DNA of 63,622 bases, filler included, from Vannella sp. (taxonomy: Eukaryota): assembly GCA_023345925.1 (NCBI GenBank). It is 8 parts of 8 records of this genome, joined end to end, with 100 filler letters (N's around TTAATTAATTAA, not from the genome) between each part and the next. Parts side by side here need not be neighbours in the genome. Positions count along the whole stretch, not along the records: positions 1 to 5,498 come from JAJQQN010000650.1; positions 5,599 to 10,006 come from JAJQQN010001331.1; 6 more parts are not named here. The stretch is one strand, 5' to 3'. Position 1 is the first letter of the stretch; every line of letters starts with the position of its first letter. Both the position numbers and the translations under genes were made by a program. Positions 1 to 10,106 of this stretch are shown one piece after another. The notes under the pieces are model-generated. The model searched no databases. It had not been told where the DNA came from and saw nothing but the letters and a program-made list of their open reading frames with translations.

Positions 1-327
1 ATCCCAAACTCAGATCAGCACGCTTTTCCAACGCGTCAAAGTTCTCCTTCCCTCTACTCTTCCCCCTGTTTTAGTCGTTTTCATGAAGGAAGTGGAGGCT
101 CTTGAAGAGACCCCCTAACTCCAGCAGGCTTTCAGACTGGCCTATTTCGCTTTCTTCACCCATAAAGTCACTTCAAATATATTTATGCTAGCAGTCTTCT
201 TGCAACCAAACGAATCTGTCTGATCGATGACCTTAAGTCATCATTTATTTTACATTTCTCGTTCACAGTCCACACTTGATGTCATTCTCCCTGGAGGAGG
301 AAGGAAGGAACGAGAACTGGCTTCAAG

Positions 328-723
328 TTATTTTTCACTTGCTTCACACCACAAGAAGGCCCATCTCCTTTGGATGGATACAACATCCACGTTGAAGACC
401 CACAGCTTGACAGGAGGAGGAATGGAGTGACAACAAGAACGAGTATTAAGCTTGAAGAAGGACGCAATCAAGTCCCCGTCAGTGCTGATCAAAGTGGTCT
501 TCCCACGACTTTGATTCCAAATCCAGTCACTTTCCCGAGGTAGTTGGGAGGTCTTGATAGGCCCCACATGAAAACTGAGGAATCCTTCTTGAAACAACAA
601 TCCCAAGTCTGATCCGGTCGGAAGTTCTTGAGGTTGCGAGAAACGAAAGAACTCAATCGCCTCTTCCAACTTCCCCACCGCCTGTCTCAGCTCCCTTGAC
701 AGTCCTCCTGTATCTCTGAACAT
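328..723 (-). CDS. hypothetical protein (5' end uncertain)
   Basis: 131-aa ORF with globular-looking composition; no family recognised. Confidence 0.35.
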   Translation of the reverse strand: MFRDTGGLSRELRQAVGKLEEAIEFFRFSQPQELPTGSDLGLLFQEGFLSFHVGPIKTSQLPRESDWIWNQSRGKTTLISTDGDLIASFFKLNTRSCCHSIPPPVKLWVFNVDVVSIQRRWAFLWCEASEK

Positions 724-965
724 GCACTCGCTGAGCGCTTACCAATTGATTTCTAACAGGCTTCCAACTTGACACAGCAACTGTTCCCTCCAAATCAGCT
801 GCGAATGGAATAATGTGCTATTTTTAGATCTCAAAATTCGAGTAACTATTCCCGATAAGGTATCCGCCTAAAGCAGACCATCCCATTGGTTCAAACGAGT
901 ACAGTCATAAAGGCCTCAGGAATATGTTGGTAATTAATAGGAAGGCAGGCCTCGATCATTTGTTG

Positions 966-1943
966 ATGTTCCCTCGACTTGAAGGCAAAGTGGTCCTTGT
1001 GTAGGTTTCAGGCTCGGGCAGGAATGTTAGAGGCTGACGCTAGTAGGACCGGAGCGTCTTCTGGGATAGGGAAAGCGTGCGCGGAGCAGTTTGCAGCGAA
1101 TGGCTCCAAAGTGATCCTCACCGCAAGGCGAGTGGAGCTCTTGGAAGCTGTCAGAGACGGTATTCTGGCCCAGTATCCCACTTCCCAGTACGTCTTCCAC
1201 TCTCCTCTTCCTGAACCATCTTGCTGATGTCCTTTCAGGCTGTTTGTGGCTCAACTTGATGTTGCCCAATCTGATGACGTGAACCGAGTCATCCAGACCC
1301 TTCCAGACGACTTCAAAGCGATAGATATTCTTGTAAACAACGCAGGGCTCGCCAAAGGAGTCGCTTTCACGGCAGACAACGCCACGGAAGACATCAACAC
1401 CGTCATCGACGTCAATGTGAAGGGCCTCCTCTTCGTCACGCGCGCTGTTCTTGGTGGAATGATCGAACGCAACGCTGGCCATGTCATCAATGTGAGTAGC
1501 GTGGCTGGTTTGGAAGCCTACAAAGGAGGATCAATCTACTGCGCCTCCAAACACGCTGTACAAGCCATCAACAACGCTCTCCGCAAGGAGATGGTAGACA
1601 AGAACATTCGAGTTACCTCCATATGCCCTGGTAAGCCCCCTCAAGGTCCCCCTGAACCTCCTCTGAGGGTCATTAGGGATGGTCGAGACCGACTTTAGCG
1701 TTGTCCGCTTCAGCGGGGATGCCGATCGTGCTAATTCAGTCTACAAGGGTATTGATTCACTGGTATGCCTACTTTCCTCTCCTCCACCTCCCTTGCCCTC
1801 ACCAGAACCTGCTCCAGATCGCGGACGATATCGCTGACAACGTCCTTTACGCTGCCAGTCGCCCTAGCCACGTCCAGATAGCTGAAATCGTTGTCTATCC
1901 CACCAACCAAGCCTCTGTTGAGCATGTCCACCGCACAGCGTGA
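966..1943 (+). CDS. NADP-dependent short-chain dehydrogenase/reductase, YdfG/YMR226C-like (multi-exon)
   Basis: Spliced N-terminus [24 protein letters not shown] motif; catalytic YCASK; C-terminal [20 protein letters not shown]; short GT-AG introns. Confidence 0.92.
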
Positions 1944-1969
1944 TCAAATGAATCATACATTCGACTTCA

Positions 1970-3390
1970 TCATCGACGAGGGCGTCCAGCTCGCCCTGTC
2001 TGCCGAAGAGGGGCTCTCCCACGAGCTCCAAGGACAGGTTTGGATCCGCTGAGACGCTGCTGGCGAAGCTGCGAGTTCAATCCAAAGCCGGCACTGTTCT
2101 GGCGACCCAATCCGCCTCCGCTTGGCCCTGATAGTCGAAGAGAAGGTCGCTGAGGCTCTCCAATACGTAAGTATTGAGCTGGTCGCTCCATCAAGCGAGG
2201 CCCTGCATAGGCAAGGGAGGCCAACTCCTTCTTGAGGATGGGAATGCCCGCGCAAGACGTAGAACTGACCATCATGATGCGTGCCAGCCACTTGCGATAC
2301 CCTCTTTGCTCTAACTGTGCCTTCACCTTGGCGTGAATGCGTGCCAGGTCCTCTGCCTCGACCAAATCGACCTTGGTGAGGATGATTTGGAAGTTTTTGC
2401 CGCTCCTAGTCGCCCCAAACAGTGTCAGGAGTGTCATAAGGAAGTAGAGGAGTGTGTGTGTGACCTACTCCTCAAGGAAGTCGAAGTAGTCAAGGTCAGA
2501 GCTCTTTAAGCCATGACGGGAGTCGATAAGGACGCAGACCCGTCGCAGTTTCGTTCGTTGGGAGAGGTAGTGACGTGTGAACTCGTCCCACTGACTGATT
2601 TTGCTCTCTTTGACGGCATAGCCGTACCCAGGAAGGTCCACAATCGTCAATCTCTGGAGTTGGATGAAGTGAATGGCTCTCGTTTGGCCAGGAAGCGCAG
2701 AGATCTTCGGTGCCTTTGATAAATGAAGCTTTGGAAGGAGTGCAGCAAGGATAGAGGACTTTCCAGCGTTCGATCGACCGATCAGGGCGATCTCGACATG
2801 TTTCTCTCCCTCAGGGTAGTCGGGGTAGCGGTCCTCTGTCTTACAAACTCTGATGCGGGCTGTATGGCATTCGAAGGTCTGTATCAGAGCCACCAGAAGT
2901 GAGTCATCAGCAAGATCAACCTGATCAAGACCTGTCACCCCATCCTTACCTCGTCTACAAAGGAGTTTACCTGCTGGCGCACCTCTGGAAGGTTCTTAGT
3001 GCGGTGAAGTTGGTGTTTCTTGATGTATTGGAGCACCTCCACGTCAAACGGAGGAGGTTGAAACTGCGCCACAAGGCGATCACCTTCAACTTGCTTCTTT
3101 GAAGGAGAAGAAGCTTTCTGAGCAAGAGATGCTCGCTCCTTCCCTCTTTCTATTCGATCCGTGAGCCCCAGAAAGTGCAGCTCGCTTTGAAGCTTGCGGT
3201 GCATCTTCTTGGTGATGTCGGGCTTCTCCATCATCCTGCTGATGCGGTCCATGTGTTTCCCTCGCTCCTCTGTCGCCTTTCCAGCAACTGTACCAAATCT
3301 GAGCGAGCTCAGCGCCGCGGTGCCCCGACTGAGCCCTTCGACACCCCAAATGACCCGGCTGAGGGGCAAGCGGACTGCGCGAAACATCAA
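1970..3390 (-). CDS. EngB/YihA/YsxC-family GTPase, probably mitochondrial (3 exons)
   Basis: G1 GRSNAGKSS, PGQT, DLPGYG, LIDSRHG, TKVD; Arg/Ser-rich N-terminal presequence. Confidence 0.9.
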
Positions 3391-3456
3391 AGAAATGACT
3401 CCCTTGGCACTGCCACCTCACAAGCAAAAGTACCTTTCATTATTAGAGACATATAG

Positions 3457-5498
3457 CTACACAGCAAAGGCTTCCTCCGTCTGTACTTCGATAGCGGCAC
3501 GTTCCATCAACCGAAGGGAGCGTGCGCGATAGATTTCCATGTCGTACTCGTCTGCTGCGTGGCAGGCTTGCTCCAGGTAGTCAATAGCACGTTCATATTC
3601 TCCCATATTGAGTGTGTACCGCCCTAGGACAAAGTAGGCAATCGGACGAGCCAACTCACAACATTGCGAGATGTGCCGAAGGTTGTCACAAAGGCGCCGT
3701 GTGAGTCGGGCAAGCTGGGCAGCGAGAGGTCCATCCTCTGTCCCCTTCTCAAACTCCTCTTCCCACAAGGTGAAGAACACCTCAGCCAGGAGAGAGGTGC
3801 AGCAGAAAGTCCATCCTGTGAAGCTTCCATTGTCGAATGCCTCGAGCGCCTCCATTCCCAGCGCCCGTGCTCGATCTCTATGTCCGAGACGCATCAGTAA
3901 GAGCGAGGAGATAGACAGTTGAATGACAGCAAGGGGAGGAGCAAAGGTTGAGTGAGCTTCGACCTTGTGATACATGTTCTCCAGCCTTGCCAAGTCCTCC
4001 TCGCTACATTCGTCACTCGTATAAAGCGTACAAAGAACGAGGAAGAGCTCACGCCACCAGGAGATGCGTGGATCCCCAAGATCTCGAACGTCAATGCTCT
4101 TCATCAGTTGGAGGGTTCCCAAATAGTTTCCTCGTAAGAAGTGAGTGTAGGCGATGAAGAACTGCCCTTGGAGGAACATGTTCTTGTTGCCCTTCTTCAA
4201 AAACAAGTCACACCCGCTCTCCAGCTGCTTCTGCACCTGCAAGAGGTTCCCATCACAAAGAGGCCCGTAGCTAGAGAGGAAGAAGAGATAAGCCCGCGCA
4301 CTATCCACCGTTGCCATCTCTGTAACACTGTTCTTATCACTACGGCAGGTCTCGATGATGGACCAAGCCTTGCCCATGAGGTATTGATAGATCTTTGGCA
4401 TCTTCAGGATGCCAATGAATGCTAACGCCACCGTGGCGTACACCTCAGCCAAGACAGGTGGCTTCTGATAGAGTGACTCAGCCGCGTTCAAACTCACCAG
4501 GAAGTAAAGGACCGAGTGCGAGTCCACATTCCCCGAAACAAGGTTGAGCGTGAAGAGGTAATGAGTGGATCGGGCGACTTCAAGCATGGATTCCTGACGC
4601 CCTCCGATATGAACAAGCAGCCCGTCGCACCAGAGTCCAATGCGGAGAAGGTGAAGGACCTGTCGCCACATCTCCAAAGGCAAGTGGAAGATACGAGCGA
4701 CGATTCCCGGCCTTGGAGAGCGCCCCAGATAGACCAAAGCCTTCTCAAAGTGGCGTCGGCTGCGCTGATAGTCCCCTCTGTCGTACAGCTTTACGCCTTG
4801 ATCGTTCTCCCGGCGAGCCAGCTTCACTGCTTGGTGAGAGGGGACGTGAATGTGGTCGAGAAGCATCGCCCCAAACGTCCAGAACATGAGCATGAGTAGC
4901 TTGATGAGTAGAGATAGAGATACGTGTGTGGCCCAACTGTACGAGAGCGTTGGAGAGTTCAAAAGGACCGAAGAAGTGGTTTGGAGGACGCGCCCTGTGG
5001 CATGGGTGGCGTGTTCAGCCAGAGAGGGCACATGAGGATAGGCTACAGGGTTATAGAAGAGCAGAGCGACCACGAAGATCGCCATCATCACCCGTGAGGC
5101 CCGAACGAAGGCAGGCTGCTTCGCCTGCTGCGCTTCCAACTGGACATCAATTGAGCCATCAGCACATGCCTGAGTAAAGCTTCTCTTATGTAAGAGGCCT
5201 CCTCGAGGGCTCTGAGGTGGCTCCTCAAAGGTTGGCTGCATTCGAGAGCGGAAGCCGCCTCGTTCATCATAGTAAGGCGGCGACATGCTCTCAACTGATG
5301 AAGGAGATGATTGAGTACTCGCAGGGTGGTTCCCAGAGGATGGGTTGTGAATACAGGCTCGGAGAATGTTGTTTTCGTACTGTAAGTCCGTTATCGTCGC
5401 TGTTAAGCTTTGGATGTACTCCACAGTCAACTCTAAGAGCTGTGTTTGGTCTACTTTGACCTTCTTGCCGTGAACAGTCGTGCTCTCTCGAGCAACGC
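3457..5498 (-). CDS. SREBP-like membrane-bound bHLH-ZIP transcription factor (5'-truncated by contig end)
   Basis: Helix 2/zipper (KVDQTQLLELTVEYIQSLTATITDLQYENNILR); TM1 ending in NP; lumenal RVLQ; TM2; C-terminal region resembling the SREBP regulatory domain (LGR..RQVLHLLRIGLW, SLNAAE, LAEVYATVAL). Confidence 0.8.
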
Positions 5499-5598
5499 NN
5501 NNNNNNNNNNNNNNNNNNNNNNNNNNNNNNNNNNNNNNNNNNTTAATTAATTAANNNNNNNNNNNNNNNNNNNNNNNNNNNNNNNNNNNNNNNNNNNN
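5499..5598. other. artificial contig linker (N44-TTAATTAATTAA-N44)
   Basis: N runs flanking a six-frame stop linker. Confidence 0.99.
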
Positions 5599-5779
5599 AT
5601 GCGAGCAGCACTCCCCAAAAGGAAAAATTCGTTGCCTCTTCCAAGAACCAATCGGATCTTTGTTCAGGGTCCTCCGTCAATGGATGGCAAAAGAATTAAT
5701 GTTTGGGAGAGAAAGGGAGGGTTCAGGCCGCCAACCAATTTGGGAAGATTTTTTCTTTCGCCCGTGTGGGTGGTGGGAG

Positions 5780-8026
5780 ATGAAGTTTGGCAAGTTTTTG
5801 GAGGAGAAGAGCAAGCCAGCGTGGAGATTGTACTATGTGGATTACAAGTATCTCAAACATGTCATCAAGCGGATGAAGGAAGCGATTGACTCTCAGGCAC
5901 AGACCAAACAGGAGGCTGAGCACATGTTCACCAAAGCAATCGAGATGGAGATCACCAAGGTGAACGACTTCTTTCTTATGATTGAGAAAGAGGTTCAGGG
6001 TAAGCTCACTGCCCTCCGTCAGCTCTTGAACAAGGCTGTAAGTTGCGTTCGCCTCGCGTTGATGTGTCGCTCAAAGATTCCTTAGGCATCGCACGATCCC
6101 ACTCAGACTAAGCGAGAGGCATTGGAGAAGGAGATCCAGCACTTGGCTCGCCAGCTGACGGACTTGTACGAGTACACGTTGGTGAACTTTGAAGCGTTCC
6201 GTAAGATCTTGAAGAAGCACGATCGCCATACGGACATGGTGGCCAGCCCTTGGTTCTTGGCTCGTTGCAAACAGCAGCCTTTTTACTCGTCCTCCAAGCA
6301 GTTCGGGAACCTCCTTGTCAAGTTGAGCAACTGCTGCACGGCTGCTCGCTCCACATTGGGGGAGGAAGCGCTGGTTGACGAAGGCCTTTCGTCTATTCCT
6401 TCAACGACGAGGTATTGGATCAAGCTGGAGGACGTTATGCGAGTGAAGACGGAGATTGTTCAACACTTGCCCATCCACATTCTCGGCTCCTCCTCAGGCC
6501 GCTTCCCTCGAGAGGCCACGGATTCGATGGCTATCTCCTCTTGCTACTACGACAACGCCAAGACTCTCGAGTCCTACGAGTCTCGGGTCGCCAGGACGGA
6601 GGGAGCCACCGCCATTCGCTTCCGTACGTACGAAGACCGAGACCAGGTGTTCGTCGAACGAATGACGCATCAAGAGAGTGCCAGTGCCTCCTCTAAGGAG
6701 CGTTTGGAGCTCAAAAGCAGCGATGTTTTTGACTTTGTTCGTGGAACGTACAAACTGAACGAGTTTGTGGCAGCCCTGGAGCAGGAGGAGCACTCAGAAG
6801 AGAGCATCCAAACCGCTTGCTCTCTCTTTGCGGACATCCAGAACGAGATCGCCAAACGGAGCTTCGTGCCAGCTGTCCGCACTTCCTACCGGCGTTCCGC
6901 CTTCCAAGACCCTCATAAGAAGCTCATCAAGATCGCAATCGACACGAGCGTGCAGATGATCAAGGAGAATCTGAAGCTGGAGAACGACGGTCGCTGGCGC
7001 AAGAGTGAGATTGAGATCTCTGAGGAGGATGTTCATGAGTTTCCTTTCGCTGTGATGGAGGTGAAGCTCCAACCAGGACAGTGAGTGTTGCTGTGAGCTC
7101 ATCGGGGGTGCATTTGCTAACGTTTTTGGTTGTGGGTGGCGCAGACCGATTCCTGATTGGCTGAATCGTCTTGTGAATGGACCTTTGGTGCGAGTGGCGA
7201 TGCGTTACTCCAAATTCACGCATGGATGCGCTGTGGTGTTTGCAAACCGCGTCAATACGAAGCCTTCCTGGGTGGAGGAGTTCCTCCCGAAGATCAAAGG
7301 AGAGAAGAAAAAGAAGAAAGAAAGTCCTCAATTTGGGGGGGACCCGCGTTTAGTCAACCCAGACGTTTGGATTGATCCCAATCAAGCTTCTGTATACGAT
7401 TCAAACGAGTTGAACAATTTATCGGATCCCTCTCTAAAGAAAGGAGCAACTGGCCAGAGGCTGAACTCTGCCGCCAGAAACGATGTGGAGCGCGTTCTCT
7501 CGGAGAGAGAAAGCAAACGGCCCAGTTTCTTCACCAAACTCTGCAACCTCTTCAACTTTGACCAAAGATTCGTCAAAGAAGGCAGACCAATTGTGGGTAA
7601 GCAATCAATCTTCTTTTTTGGAGTGAGCGTCATCCACTGACCCTCTGGTGACTAGCGAGGATGAAAATCGAGCCCAAAACATACTTTGCCAACGAACGGA
7701 CCTTCTTGCAGTGGATGAGCTTTTGTGTGATTATCCAAGGCATTGGAATGGCGCTTATCAGTTTCCCCAGCACCAACTTTGTGGGGTTGGTGAGCGGAGT
7801 CTGCTTTGTCCTCATTTCGCTGTCGTTCATGGGGTATTCTCTTTTTGTGTTCCGCTGGCGAGCCGCTCGCATCCGCAACAACCAACCTGGCCGATATGAC
7901 GACTTTTGGGGGCCTTTCATGCTTTTCTGTGTGATGACCTCGGCAGTAGTAATCAATGGAATCCTGTTTATCAGCAACCAGCTCTTTACCCTAAGCGAGC
8001 AGGCTGTCAATCTCGGCTCCAGCTGA
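5780..8026 (+). CDS. VTC polyphosphate polymerase complex subunit (SPX + VTC + DUF202 TM), Vtc4/Vtc2-like, multi-exon
   Basis: MKFGKFL..YVDYKYLK and NFEAFRKILKKHD (SPX); YYDN, RFR, MEVK, YSKF (VTC domain); KIEPKTYFANERTFLQW followed by TM helices. Confidence 0.93.
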
Positions 8027-8075
8027 TAAACTCCTCCAAAATGGATCGAAAGTCCCTCATCACGCTCGGAGCCCT

Positions 8076-9692
8076 TCAAATACTCGTTATCGAAACAAAT
8101 TTGATGTCTGCAAAGGTAAGTAGCCATTCAATCACTCCACGGAAAGAGTTACCTGTCTCTTGAGGGCTGTCCAAATGAGTCTCCTCTATCACCTCTGGAG
8201 GTTGATAGCTTCGTTGGTGACTGCCTTCTCCCTCTTGAGGATAACACACTCGAATGGCAGCGTCCACGTGAATGTTAGTGGAGACACCCACGTGGGTGAT
8301 AGCCTGGATACTTTCCTGAGTGAAGGAGTTGAAGAAGCCGTGGAAGGAAGTGCTGTACTCTGTATAAGAGAAAGGAATCCCCGCTTCCCTGTAGCGGTCA
8401 GCGTAGAGTCTGGCATGGTCTGTTAAAGGACAGTAACCGGCGGTTATCATGGTCATCGGAGGAAGGCCTTTGATATCTTCATAACGCAAAGGGGAAATGT
8501 ACGGGTGCACCCCACATTGGGCGTGTGGCGCGTGGAGATATTGCGCTTTAAACCAATGCAAAAGAGAGAGGCGGAGGAATGGACCGTCCCCATAAGTGCG
8601 GTAAGAGTCAGACTTGTCATCGTCACCGTCAACGCCGGGATAAACCGCTATTTGATGGATAATGGGCGGCCCTTTGCGCTCCTTGGCCATCACTGAAATC
8701 ACTGTCGCCAAGCTCCCGCCAGCGCTGTCGCCTCCGACAGTGATAAGACGAGTATCAGCACCCAGAAGGTCTTCTCCGTTGTGGTAGACCCAAAGGAGAG
8801 CGGCGTAGGCGTCTTCCGACTGCGTTGGCCACTTGAATTCCGGTGCGAGTCGGTAGTTGACGCTCACAACGATGCCTTCAGTCATGTTACAGAGCCATGT
8901 CATCGTCCGGTTGACCACAGAGTCGTCAATGTCGCCCATGACGAAGCCGCCGCCATGAAACCACATCAAAACGGGGAGTTTCTCTCCCGCAGCGCACTCG
9001 TGGTGAGTATAGACGTTCACTTCCATCTCATACTCGTCAGGAGCACCTTCTACCAAGGGAGGAAGGACTTCTAATGGGTCTAGACCGTACTTTGGAAAGT
9101 CATAGTCGCTCCCCACCGGATAGCTGTAAGGCACCTTGATCACGTGTCGGGTCTTCTGGTAGACCTTCTCTACGAACGTGACTGGCCTCCTACCCAACCG
9201 ATTGAGGAGGCGTCGGTCGAGGACGCCTCCTTCGTACATCCCGCTCAGTCGGAACAAGGATTGGGCTACTCGGTCTCCCATCCTCGCTTTGAAGGGGATC
9301 TTGGGTTTGATAGGGTGAGTTGAGAAGTAACCATGGTCCTCTCCTTTGGGGGGACCCTCTGAAGGGCTCTGAGTGGGCTCGGGGGAGACCAAAAGGATGT
9401 GTTGCCGAAGGTAGTCATCGAGGGCAGCAAAATGAGCTTGTGTGTCGTATCCGCGGTACACTATAGAGACAAGCTGTTGTGGAAAGCATGCTTGACACAC
9501 CTCCGGTGGCGCATACTGCCCAGGGAAGCGGAACTTTGCAACACAACGCATACAGAAGCTCGCCCGGCACACGCTACACTGTCGACGACTCAAGTACCTT
9601 CCTCCTCTCCCTCTGTTATGCAGAGAACAGGACTGCTCTTCGCTTGGGACTCTCGCTGGAAGAGTAAAGGCGCGAGAGGTCCGCGTTGCCAT
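8076..9692 (-). CDS. FYVE-like zinc finger fused to an HSL-family (Abhydrolase_3) esterase
   Basis: RRQCSVCRASFCMRC..VCQAC; HGGG, YRLAPE, GDSAGG, FHGFF. Start and 3' end approximate; a last intron could give a stop at 8189. Confidence 0.85.
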   Translation of the reverse strand: MATRTSRAFTLPARVPSEEQSCSLHNRGRGGRYLSRRQCSVCRASFCMRCVAKFRFPGQYAPPEVCQACFPQQLVSIVYRGYDTQAHFAALDDYLRQHILLVSPEPTQSPSEGPPKGEDHGYFSTHPIKPKIPFKARMGDRVAQSLFRLSGMYEGGVLDRRLLNRLGRRPVTFVEKVYQKTRHVIKVPYSYPVGSDYDFPKYGLDPLEVLPPLVEGAPDEYEMEVNVYTHHECAAGEKLPVLMWFHGGGFVMGDIDDSVVNRTMTWLCNMTEGIVVSVNYRLAPEFKWPTQSEDAYAALLWVYHNGEDLLGADTRLITVGGDSAGGSLATVISVMAKERKGPPIIHQIAVYPGVDGDDDKSDSYRTYGDGPFLRLSLLHWFKAQYLHAPHAQCGVHPYISPLRYEDIKGLPPMTMITAGYCPLTDHARLYADRYREAGIPFSYTEYSTSFHGFFNSFTQESIQAITHVGVSTNIHVDAAIRVCYPQEGEGSHQRSYQPPEVIEETHLDSPQETGNSFRGVIEWLLTFADIKFVSITSI

Positions 9693-9786
9693 AGAATGAC
9701 TTTTATCGCCTTTATCGCCTTCGAGCTCCTTGCCATGTTTGAACCTTCTCACACAGTCTGGCGCCATTGGGTGAGAGCAGCAGGGG

Positions 9787-10006
9787 ATGGGAGGACGCCA
9801 AAGCCAGCAGAAGGATCAGGAGGAGACCGTTCAGGAGGATCAGGAGGAGGTGGAGAGGGCATTGGAGGCATTCAGGTCGTTGTTTGGAGGCCCTGTACTT
9901 CCTTGGACCCCATTTATCCAGTGGCAAGGTACGGAAGCCAGTCCAGAGCAGTGGAGGGGTGCATGTTTGGAGTTTCCCCATCTTGTGGAGTCTGGATGGC
10001 CGCTGG
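9787..10006 (+). CDS. hypothetical protein, N-terminal fragment (possible MG myristoylation start)
   Basis: ORF MGGRQSQQ.. divergent from the esterase and open into the contig end. Confidence 0.3.
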
Positions 10007-10106
10007 NNNNNNNNNNNNNNNNNNNNNNNNNNNNNNNNNNNNNNNNNNNNTTAATTAATTAANNNNNNNNNNNNNNNNNNNNNNNNNNNNNNNNNNNNNN
10101 NNNNNN
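10007..10106. other. artificial contig linker
   Basis: N44-TTAATTAATTAA-N44. Confidence 0.99.
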
